From contig CAYQND010000002.1 of assembly GCA_964418895.1 (NCBI GenBank), positions 212,093 to 276,092 of the forward strand: DNA of 64,000 nt. Reading direction: 5' to 3'. Shown piece by piece: positions 1-7,882 of this stretch. The notes under the pieces were generated by a model. That model was not told the origin of the DNA and made no database searches. It worked only from the letters and a program-made list of their open reading frames with translations. A program made the position numbers and the translations under genes. Within the stretch, counting starts at the first letter, position 1. The number at the start of each line of letters is the position of its first letter. Origin of the DNA: an uncultured Lentimicrobiaceae bacterium (GTDB lineage Bacteria > Bacteroidota > Bacteroidia > Bacteroidales > F082).

Positions 1-2103
1 TATTGTGCTGGCTATCAGCACAAGGACAGCACCATTGTCGGCTTCAGCCACACCCATTTCAGCGGGACAGGCCATTCCGACTTGGGCGACATCCTTGTCA
101 TGCCCGTGACGGGCAAGATAAAATTTCATCCTGGAACACAGGACAATCCCGACTCAGGCTACCGTTCGCGCTACTCGCACGATACCGAGAAAGCCCAGCC
201 GGGTTACTATGAAGTCACCTTGGCCGACTACGACATCAAGGCGCGGCTGACGGCTACGGAACATACCGGCATTCACCAATATACATTTCCTGATAGTACT
301 GACGGCAGCGTCATCATCGACCTGAATCACGCCATCTACAACTACGACGGCAAGGTGCTTTGGGCGAATCTGCGTGTTGAAAACGACACTTTGCTGACGG
401 GCTACCGCATTACAAATGGTTGGGCAAGAACGAATTACGTATATTTTGCCATCAGTTTCAGCCAGCCCATCGCCGATTATGGCTATAAGGACTTGCAGAG
501 CATCAAATACAACGGCGGATGGGGCAAGTTTCCCGTCAACCACAATTTCCCGGAAATGACGGGGCGTAAGATTGTGGCTTATTTCACCTTTGCCAATCCC
601 CACACGCTGGAGATGAAAGTCGCCCTTTCGGCGGTCAGCACGGAAGGCGCATTGAAAAACCTTCATGCCGAGACCGACGGCAAGCATTTCGACGATTTGT
701 TGGCCGAGACGCAAGCCAAATGGAACAAGGAACTTTCCGTCATCGAGATGGAAGGCAGCGACGACCAGAAAGCCATGCTTTACACGTCGCTGTACCACAC
801 CATGATCAACCCATCGGTCTATATGGATGTGGACGGACAGTATCGCGGGCTGGATCACAACATCCATCACGCCGACGGCTTCACCAACTACACCGTGTTC
901 TCGCTTTGGGACACCTATCGCGCCTTGCATCCGCTGTTCAACCTGTTACAGCCGCAGCGTAACTCCGACATGGTGCAGTCTATGCTGAAACATCAGGAAC
1001 AGAGCGTCCATGGCGCGCTGCCCGTATGGTCGCAAGACGCCAACGAAAACTGGTGCATGATCGGTTATCATGCCGTGTCGGTACTCGCCGACGCTTACGC
1101 CAAAAGCGTTGTCAACGACGCATCGCCTTTGCTGAAAGCCATGAAAAGCAGTTCCACCATACCTTATTATGGTAATCTCGACTCCTACATGGAACTGGGT
1201 TACGTGCCTTTCGACAAAAACAAGGGTTGCGTCTCGATGACGATGGAATATGCCTATGACGACTGGACGATTTACCGCACTGCCGAGAAGTCTGGTGACG
1301 CTGAAACGGCGGCGATTTACAAGCGGCGTGCCGCCAATTGGCGCAACACTTTCGACACCGTGATGGGCTTTGCCCGTCCCCGTCTCAGCGATGGCGGCTG
1401 GAAAACGCCGTTCAGCATGTTCGATACGGAAGGCGAAGGCTTTGTGGAAGGCAACTCCTGGGTGTATTCATTCTATGTGCCGCACGATGTCAAAGGACTT
1501 GTGAAGGCCATGGGCGGCGACAAGCAGTTCATCGCCAACCTTGACACGCTTTTTGTCATGAAACTGCCCCCAGAGTTCTTCGCAAACACCGAAGACGTCA
1601 CAGAAGAAGGGCTTATGGGATGCTACAATCACGGCAACGAGCCTGCCCACCACATCGCCTATCTTTATGACTGGACATCAGCGCCTTACAAGACACAGTA
1701 TTGGCTGCGTGAGATTATGAACCGCTTCTACAAGAACAACATCGATGGGCTTTGCGGCAATGACGACTGCGGCCAGATGTCGGCATGGTACATCTTCAGC
1801 GCGATGGGATTTTACCCCGTCTGCCCCGGCAGCGACCAGTATGTGTTGGGAGCGCCTTATCTGCCTTATATGAAAGTCCGGCTTGGAAACGGCAAGACTT
1901 TGGAAATCAAGGCGGACAAGGTCAGCGACAGAAACCGCTACGTGCAGAAAGTCACCTTGAACGGCAAGACCATTGACAAACTGTATGTCACGCACAACCA
2001 ACTCATGCAAGGCGGGACGCTGGTCTTCGATATGGGCGCCAAGCCTAACAGGCAACGCGGCCAAAAGCCTGAGGATAAGCCTTATTCGTTGAGCGACGAA
2101 TAA
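1..2103 (+). CDS. glycoside hydrolase family 92 (alpha-mannosidase-like), 5' end outside window
   Basis: Frame 1 is open from nt 1 with no start codon (YCAGYQHKDSTIVGFSHTHFSGTGHSDLGD...). The ORF is long and uninterrupted, with blocks I recognise from GH92 (FSHTHFSGTG, NENWCMIGYH, GNDDCGQMSAWY). Stop at 2101-2103. Confidence 0.9.
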   Translation, partial: YCAGYQHKDSTIVGFSHTHFSGTGHSDLGDILVMPVTGKIKFHPGTQDNPDSGYRSRYSHDTEKAQPGYYEVTLADYDIKARLTATEHTGIHQYTFPDSTDGSVIIDLNHAIYNYDGKVLWANLRVENDTLLTGYRITNGWARTNYVYFAISFSQPIADYGYKDLQSIKYNGGWGKFPVNHNFPEMTGRKIVAYFTFANPHTLEMKVALSAVSTEGALKNLHAETDGKHFDDLLAETQAKWNKELSVIEMEGSDDQKAMLYTSLYHTMINPSVYMDVDGQYRGLDHNIHHADGFTNYTVFSLWDTYRALHPLFNLLQPQRNSDMVQSMLKHQEQSVHGALPVWSQDANENWCMIGYHAVSVLADAYAKSVVNDASPLLKAMKSSSTIPYYGNLDSYMELGYVPFDKNKGCVSMTMEYAYDDWTIYRTAEKSGDAETAAIYKRRAANWRNTFDTVMGFARPRLSDGGWKTPFSMFDTEGEGFVEGNSWVYSFYVPHDVKGLVKAMGGDKQFIANLDTLFVMKLPPEFFANTEDVTEEGLMGCYNHGNEPAHHIAYLYDWTSAPYKTQYWLREIMNRFYKNNIDGLCGNDDCGQMSAWYIFSAMGFYPVCPGSDQYVLGAPYLPYMKVRLGNGKTLEIKADKVSDRNRYVQKVTLNGKTIDKLYVTHNQLMQGGTLVFDMGAKPNRQRGQKPEDKPYSLSDE

Positions 2104-2112
2104 GACGGCGTG

Positions 2113-2255
2113 GATTGATTTGCTTGGTTATTTGATGAATTTATTTAGAATGAACGAGTTATGAGTATTATTCGTTCAAAGGATTTCGAAACCGAAATGA
2201 AAAGACGAAGATAGAAATAAGGAAATTGAGGGGAATTTAAGGAAAATTCCCTTCG
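2113..2255 (+). repeat. decayed copy of the 3' end of the downstream Fic gene (last ~45 codons plus terminator hairpin); upstream arm of a direct repeat
   Basis: 2161..2255 aligns base for base with 3556..3650 (offset 1395) at roughly 80-85% identity by hand count. Weaker similarity extends back to ~2113 versus ~3508. The remnant reads NERVMSIIRSKDFETEMKRRR* against the Fic C-terminus NKRIMSYVRSENFEAEMKNQRKN*. Confidence 0.8.
2231..2251 (+). terminator. hairpin GGGAATTT-AAGGA-AAATTCCC downstream of the GH92 gene
   Basis: Perfect 8-bp stem with a 5-nt loop. It is the same hairpin as the one after the Fic gene. The following U-tract is weak. Confidence 0.45.
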
Positions 2256-2273
2256 GTTTAATAAAAATAGTAA

Positions 2274-2281
2274 TAACTTTG
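2274..2281 (+). promoter_or_regulatory. -7 promoter box TAACTTTG (TAnnTTTG)
   Basis: Matches the Bacteroides -7 consensus, 20 nt upstream of the Fic ATG at 2302. Confidence 0.45.
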
Positions 2282-2301
2282 CAGAATAAAATATCAGTAA
2301 A

Positions 2302-3615
2302 ATGATAGAAAAAGCTCCTAGTTTTGATGGAAAAGGTATTGCAGAAGCTGTAGAATATCTTTCAGCCAATAGTCTTGAACCATTGTTGAAAAAAATCAAC
2401 AACACTTATTCCTACTGGGATAAGGTGAAATATCTTGCCCCGGAAGGCATCGACAGCAAAACATTGTGGCATGCAGTCAAACTGCGGAGGATGCTTAATG
2501 CCAAAACCATCAAGTTCGGACATTATACATTTCGTTTTACTATTACAGAGCGAATGTTGGCACTATTACACGAATTTGACATGAATTTTGGAGGCAGCCT
2601 CGGTACACAAAGTATCATTCCCGAACGCGACAAGAATTTTTATCTCGTCAGTTCAATAATGGAAGAGGCCATTGCTTCGAGTCAGATGGAGGGTGCTTCA
2701 ACCACTCGAAAGGTGGCAAAAGATATGCTGCGTAAACAGCAAAAACCCAAAAATAGAGGACAGCAGATGATTGCCAACAACTACACAACCATTCATTATG
2801 TAGCAGAGCACCGTCAAGATGGTTTTTCTATAGAGAAATTACTTGACATACATAAATTAATAACTACTAATACGTTGGATAATTCTGATGATGAGGGCAG
2901 AATACGCACTGATGACGATATTCGGGTGCTGGACGGTATTACTGGTGACATTGCCCATACACCCCCCACGCATACCGAAGTTAACGAATTGCTTTGCATG
3001 CTGTGTCAATTTGCCAATGAGGATAGTGCTGACGATTTTATTCACCCAATTGTGAAAGGAATAATTATCCATTTTATGTTAGCATACATTCACCCGTTTA
3101 TTGATGGTAACGGGCGGACGGCACGCTCGCTTGTTTATTGGTATTTGATAAAAAAAGGCTATTGGTTGACAGAGTATTTGTCTATTTCGCGTATCATTTA
3201 TCGCAATAAAAAACAATATGAGAAGGCGTTTCTTTATACTGAAAATGACGAGAACGATCTTTCGTATTTTATTCAATTCAACTTGGAGACTATGAAAAAA
3301 GCATACGAAGAGTTGAAATCTTATTTGCAGCGAAAAATAAGCGAACGTGATGGAGTTTTGCTATGCAAGGGAATTTCGGGCATCAATGAAAGGCAGGCGC
3401 ATATATTGAAGATTTTCATGGAAAAGCCCAATACAATCTTTACAACTAAAGAAATAGTAATTCGTTTTGGTGTAACAGCAAAAACGGCACGAACTGATTT
3501 ACAAGGACTTGTTTCACTTGGTTTTGTAGATGAAATACCTTTAAATAAACGAATTATGAGTTATGTTCGTTCAGAGAATTTCGAAGCCGAGATGAAAAAC
3601 CAAAGAAAGAATTAA
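2302..3615 (+). CDS. Fic family protein (AMPylase-type core, N-terminal inhibitory helix, C-terminal wHTH-like region)
   Basis: HPFIDGNGRTARSL matches the Fic core HxFx(D/E)GNGRxxR. SSQMEG upstream fits the (S/T)xxxE(G/N) auto-inhibition motif. The gene is visibly more AT-rich than its neighbours. Confidence 0.9.
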   Translation: MIEKAPSFDGKGIAEAVEYLSANSLEPLLKKINNTYSYWDKVKYLAPEGIDSKTLWHAVKLRRMLNAKTIKFGHYTFRFTITERMLALLHEFDMNFGGSLGTQSIIPERDKNFYLVSSIMEEAIASSQMEGASTTRKVAKDMLRKQQKPKNRGQQMIANNYTTIHYVAEHRQDGFSIEKLLDIHKLITTNTLDNSDDEGRIRTDDDIRVLDGITGDIAHTPPTHTEVNELLCMLCQFANEDSADDFIHPIVKGIIIHFMLAYIHPFIDGNGRTARSLVYWYLIKKGYWLTEYLSISRIIYRNKKQYEKAFLYTENDENDLSYFIQFNLETMKKAYEELKSYLQRKISERDGVLLCKGISGINERQAHILKIFMEKPNTIFTTKEIVIRFGVTAKTARTDLQGLVSLGFVDEIPLNKRIMSYVRSENFEAEMKNQRKN

Positions 3616-3650
3616 GGAAAACGAAGGGAATTTAAGGGAAATTCCCTTCA
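3508..3650 (+). repeat. downstream arm of the direct repeat (genuine Fic 3' end plus terminator)
   Basis: Partner of 2113..2255; see that entry. Confidence 0.8.
3626..3646 (+). terminator. hairpin GGGAATTT-AAGGG-AAATTCCC after Fic
   Basis: Perfect 8-bp stem immediately after the stop codon, followed by a T-rich stretch. Confidence 0.5.
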
Positions 3651-3842
3651 ATCACTTTTCTGTTCTTTGCTCGAAAAGATCAACTGCTTTGCGTTTTGTG
3701 TCTTTTACGACTGTGAAAGAATAAGAAATCAGTTCATATTGTTTATTCAAATCAAGCCACTTGTTCCTGCATTTTGTTTTCGATGGTTAAAGTTTTGTCA
3801 TCTTATTGCCAGCCGAAAATCGCTTGAAAACAAGAGAATTGC

Positions 3843-3850
3843 TATTTTTG
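3843..3850 (+). promoter_or_regulatory. -7 promoter box TATTTTTG
   Basis: TAnnTTTG match 14 nt upstream of the mnmA ATG at 3865. Confidence 0.45.
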
Positions 3851-3864
3851 CAAAAAATTCAACG

Positions 3865-4938
3865 ATGAACATTGCTGCATTGGTTTCGGGGGGCGTTGAC
3901 AGTTCATTGGTGGTGCCTTTGCTGAAGGAACAAGGCTACGATCCCCATATCTTCTACATCAAGATTGGCATGGAGGGCAAGGAAGACTTGTCGAGTTGCC
4001 CATCGGAGGAAGACATTGAAATCACGACCTACATAGCCAAGAAATACGGCTGTAAGTTCGACATCGTTGATTTGCAGCACGAGTATTTCGAGACGGTGGG
4101 GAGATATACCATGGACATGGTTCGCAAAGGCTTGACTCCCAATCCCGACGTGATGTGCAACCGCTGGATAAAACTCGGCGCTTTCGAGGAAAAGGAAGGG
4201 CACAATTTCGATAAGATTGCCACGGGCCATTATGCGCGTTCGTGGGAAGACGGCAATGGCATATTCTGGCTCGGCACCGCCGAAGACAGTTTCAAGGACC
4301 AGACCTATTTCTTAGGCCGTATCACCTATGCCCAATTGAGCAAAGTCATCTTTCCCATTGGCGACATCGCCAAGACGGAAGTGCGCCGTCTGGCGGCCCA
4401 TTACGGCTTGCCGAGCGCCGAGCGTCACGACAGCCAAGGCATCTGCTTTCTGGGCAAAATCAACTACAACGACTACATCCGTGAATATCTCGGCGAGATG
4501 CCAGGCGACATCGTCGAACTGGAAACGGGAAAGATATTAGGCCGTCACAAGGGCTACTGGTTTCACACCATCGGGCAGCGCAAGGGGCTTGGCTTGGGCG
4601 GCGGCCCTTGGTTTGTGGTGAAGAAAGACATCCCGAACAATGTCGTATATGTGTCGCAGGGCTATGACCCGATGACACAATACACCAACCTTGTGCCGCT
4701 TGCCGATTTGCAGATGATGAACCCCGTCCTTCATCTCACCGAGGGACAGCGTGTGCGTTTCAAGATACGCCATCAGCCCGAGTTCTCGTCGGGCACCTTG
4801 CACTTTTCGGCGGAAGGTCCCGATGTTGTGTCGGATGTGGCGCTGTCAGGCGTGGCGCCGGGCCAGTTTTGCGTCATGTATCACGAAACGGAGCCTTACG
4901 TCATCGGCAGTGGCGTGATACGCGAACTAATCGTTTAA
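3865..4938 (+). CDS. mnmA: tRNA 2-thiouridine(34) synthase MnmA
   Basis: MNIAALVSGGVDSS carries the PP-loop SGGxDS motif, and DSQGICFLG is also present. I chose the ATG at 3865 because the 66 codons upstream in the listed ORF (3667) are non-homologous and contain the promoter box. Confidence 0.9.
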   Translation: MNIAALVSGGVDSSLVVPLLKEQGYDPHIFYIKIGMEGKEDLSSCPSEEDIEITTYIAKKYGCKFDIVDLQHEYFETVGRYTMDMVRKGLTPNPDVMCNRWIKLGAFEEKEGHNFDKIATGHYARSWEDGNGIFWLGTAEDSFKDQTYFLGRITYAQLSKVIFPIGDIAKTEVRRLAAHYGLPSAERHDSQGICFLGKINYNDYIREYLGEMPGDIVELETGKILGRHKGYWFHTIGQRKGLGLGGGPWFVVKKDIPNNVVYVSQGYDPMTQYTNLVPLADLQMMNPVLHLTEGQRVRFKIRHQPEFSSGTLHFSAEGPDVVSDVALSGVAPGQFCVMYHETEPYVIGSGVIRELIV

Positions 4939-4953
4939 TGTCAATTTGTTGTT

Positions 4954-5670
4954 ATGAGTGATATTTCGGATAGAATCCTTTACGAAGACAACCATCTCAT
5001 CGTGGTGAACAAACTTCCGTCGGAAATCGTTCAGGCGGACAAGACCGGCGACGTCTGTCTCCTTGACGACGTGAAGGAATACATCAAGGAAAAATACAAC
5101 AAGCCGGGCAATGTCTATGCCGGACTTGTTCACCGCATCGACCGCCCCGTGAGTGGCGCCGTGATTTTCGCCAAGACCAGCAAAGCCTTGTCGCGCATGA
5201 CGGTGATGGTCAAGGACCGTGACTTTCAGAAGACTTATCTCGCCATCGTCAAGAACCATCCGCCCAAGGAAGCCGACGTGCTTGAGGATTATCTCGTGAA
5301 GAACGAGAAGATGAACAAATCTTTCGTCACCACGCCCGACAACAAGGAGGCGAAATTGGCAAGGCTGAGTTATCGCGTCATCGGTAAATCCGACAATTAC
5401 TATCTACTTGAAATAGAATTATTTACAGGCCGACATCATCAGATAAGGGCGCAGTTGGCACATATCGGCTGTCCCATAAGAGGCGATCTGAAATACGGGT
5501 ATCCGCGCTCAAACCGTGACGCTTCCATCTGTCTGCACGCTTACAGGGTGGCGTTTGAGCATCCTGTTCAGAAAACCCATGTCGATGTTGTGGCGCCGTT
5601 GCCCGACACCTTGCTGTGGAGTTGTTTCAGAGACGCGCTGGACAATGGCGGCGCCGTTGCCGAACCTTGA
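4954..5670 (+). CDS. RluA-family pseudouridine synthase
   Basis: HRIDRPVSGAVIF contains the catalytic Asp motif, and GRHHQIRAQLAHIG is typical of RluA/RsuA-type synthases. Confidence 0.88.
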   Translation: MSDISDRILYEDNHLIVVNKLPSEIVQADKTGDVCLLDDVKEYIKEKYNKPGNVYAGLVHRIDRPVSGAVIFAKTSKALSRMTVMVKDRDFQKTYLAIVKNHPPKEADVLEDYLVKNEKMNKSFVTTPDNKEAKLARLSYRVIGKSDNYYLLEIELFTGRHHQIRAQLAHIGCPIRGDLKYGYPRSNRDASICLHAYRVAFEHPVQKTHVDVVAPLPDTLLWSCFRDALDNGGAVAEP

Positions 5671-5702
5671 CGAAACATCTTTTTCGACCTATAAGAAGAC
5701 AA

Positions 5703-5729
5703 AAGCCCACCAATTTGGCGGGCTTTTTT
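5703..5729. terminator. bidirectional rho-independent terminator between convergent genes
   Basis: AGCCCACC-AATTT-GGCGGGCT hairpin. It has one mismatch on the + strand and a G-U pair on the - strand, and T/A runs flank it on both sides. Confidence 0.6.
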
Positions 5730-5750
5730 ATGTTGCTGAGCGTTGTGTCG

Positions 5751-7742
5751 TCACCAGACGAACACCATGCCGCCGCCAGGAGCGAGATGCACTTTCAGCA
5801 TGTCGCCCATCACCTGATACGTCTCACTGACATAATCTTGTGCGACCTTGTCGGCATTCGCCCCGTCGTGGTAGAGCACGCCTGATTTGGCGCCCCCTTT
5901 CAGCGGCGACAGGTCGATGACGAGGTCACGTTCTTGCCAGTCGGTGATGGCGCCGATGTACCATTTGGCGCCTTTGCGCCTTGCTATGACGATGTATTGG
6001 CCCACCTTGCCGTCGAGTACTTTGGTTTCGTCCCAAGTGGTCGGCACGCTTGCGATGAAGCGCGTGCATTCATCTTCTTTCATGTAGTTGCTTGGGCTGT
6101 CGCACAGCATGTTGAACGGCGATTCGAAAATCACGTATTCGGCAAGTTGTCTGCAACGTGTGCCTTGGCTCATCGGTTCGGTATAGACGGCCTTGTAATT
6201 GCTCTTGATGGCATTGCGCATGGCGCCTTGCGTGAAGTCGAAATAGCCCGCAACCATGCGGATGAAAGGTATCGTCGTCTCGTAAGTCACCATGTCGTGG
6301 TCGTCGCACCATTTGTCTTGTTCGAGGCCATAGACGCCTTCCACGTTCAGCACGTTGGGATAGGTGCGGCACATTCCCGTAGGTTTGTAGGCGCCGTGGA
6401 AGTCAACGAAGAGATGGTATTTCGCCGCTGTCTCCGCCATGCGGTAATAAAAGTCCACGACCTTCTGGTCGTCGCGGTCCATGAAGTCGACCTTGAAGCC
6501 TTTCACGCCCATGTCGGAATAATGCTTGCAGACGCGCTCCATGTCCTTGTCTATCGCGGCATAGCCCGCCCACAGCACGATGCCGACGTTTTTCTCTTTG
6601 GCATAGTTGACGATTTTCTGCAAGTCGATGTCGGGGATGACTTGCAATAGGTCGGCTTTCTTGTTCACTGCCCAGCCTTCGTCGAGGATGACGTATTCAA
6701 TGCCGTATTTGCTGGCGAAGTCGATGTAATACTGGTATGTCGCGGTGTTGATGCCGGCTTTGGAATCGACGCCGTAGATGTTCCACGCGTTCCACCAGTC
6801 CCACGCCACCTTGCCGGGTCTGATCCACGAGACGTCGCCGATACGGTTTGGCGAGGCGAGTTTGTAAACGAGGTCGCTGTCGGCCAAGTCGCTGTCTTTT
6901 TTCGAAATCTTGATGCAACGCCACGGAAACGCTCTGGTTCCGCTGGTCTTTGCGATGTAGTTTTCGCGTTCCTTGACGACGTATTGTAGGTTGTTGTGAC
7001 CGCTTTGTTCTTCGGTCTTCGGATAGCCTGCATGGATGGCGGCGAAGCCATTCTTGCCAGTTGCGTTGCGCAGCATCAGGCCGGGGAAGTCTTCAAGATC
7101 CGCTTCCGTGATGACGGCTTTCTTGCCATCGCCAAGGTCCACCATGACAGGAAGGAACGCAAGGCGGTTAGGCTCCATCTTCGAGATGGGCGTGACGGTA
7201 TAGAGGTTTTCAAAGGAAGTGAAAAACTGCTGTTCTACGAAGTCGCCTTCGCCTTTGCGGGCGTTGACGTAAGGGATGGTGACGGTTTTGTCGGAGTCGA
7301 AGTTGAAATCCGCCGTCTCTTCCGCTATGGTGATGTCTTTCGGAAATTCCGTCTGGAAACGGTAGGCGACGCCTTCGTCGTAGGCGCGGAAGATGACCTT
7401 GTAATTCCCTTTGAAGGTCATGGTCATCTCGTTGTAAACATCGCTTATCTCGTCGCGTTTGTAGAAATTGGCTTTGATGGTTTCGTTGACGGAAGCCGTC
7501 TTGACGCGTTTCACCTTGGGATTTTCGCCCAACGTGGTGCCGTCGGCCAGTTTCATGGCAATGGGCGAAGCCGCAAGGACGCTGGTATTGCCTTGTTTCA
7601 CCGAGTAACTCAGTTGTCTGTCAACGTTCACCGTGATGGTGATGCCTTTGTCCGGCGACTGCAAGGTGTATTGCTTTTGGGCATGAACTCCCGTGACGAG
7701 CAGCGTCAGCACCGAGAGTAAAACGATTCTGTATTGCATCAT
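5751..7742 (-). CDS. glycoside hydrolase family 97 (SusB-like alpha-glucosidase/galactosidase)
   Basis: Signal peptide MMQYRIVLLSVLTLLVTGVHAQ. GH97-like blocks are present (ILDEGW, GVKGFKVDFMDRDDQ, VDFHGAYKPTG). Confidence 0.88.
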   Translation of the reverse strand: MMQYRIVLLSVLTLLVTGVHAQKQYTLQSPDKGITITVNVDRQLSYSVKQGNTSVLAASPIAMKLADGTTLGENPKVKRVKTASVNETIKANFYKRDEISDVYNEMTMTFKGNYKVIFRAYDEGVAYRFQTEFPKDITIAEETADFNFDSDKTVTIPYVNARKGEGDFVEQQFFTSFENLYTVTPISKMEPNRLAFLPVMVDLGDGKKAVITEADLEDFPGLMLRNATGKNGFAAIHAGYPKTEEQSGHNNLQYVVKERENYIAKTSGTRAFPWRCIKISKKDSDLADSDLVYKLASPNRIGDVSWIRPGKVAWDWWNAWNIYGVDSKAGINTATYQYYIDFASKYGIEYVILDEGWAVNKKADLLQVIPDIDLQKIVNYAKEKNVGIVLWAGYAAIDKDMERVCKHYSDMGVKGFKVDFMDRDDQKVVDFYYRMAETAAKYHLFVDFHGAYKPTGMCRTYPNVLNVEGVYGLEQDKWCDDHDMVTYETTIPFIRMVAGYFDFTQGAMRNAIKSNYKAVYTEPMSQGTRCRQLAEYVIFESPFNMLCDSPSNYMKEDECTRFIASVPTTWDETKVLDGKVGQYIVIARRKGAKWYIGAITDWQERDLVIDLSPLKGGAKSGVLYHDGANADKVAQDYVSETYQVMGDMLKVHLAPGGGMVFVW

Positions 7743-7758
7743 TGATTTGTTTTGTTTT

Positions 7759-7766
7759 CAAAAGTA
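7759..7766 (-). promoter_or_regulatory. -7 promoter box (minus strand TACTTTTG)
   Basis: The + strand reads CAAAAGTA, 16 nt upstream of the GH97 ATG at 7742. Confidence 0.4.
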
Positions 7767-7882
7767 CGGTTTTCTTCAATATGCGGCATGGCGTCCCGAA
7801 TATTTCATCGGGCAATGCCGATAGACAGATTCATCGGTTACGATGCCTTAATGCGAAGAAATTGCAGACCAAGACTGGCCAA

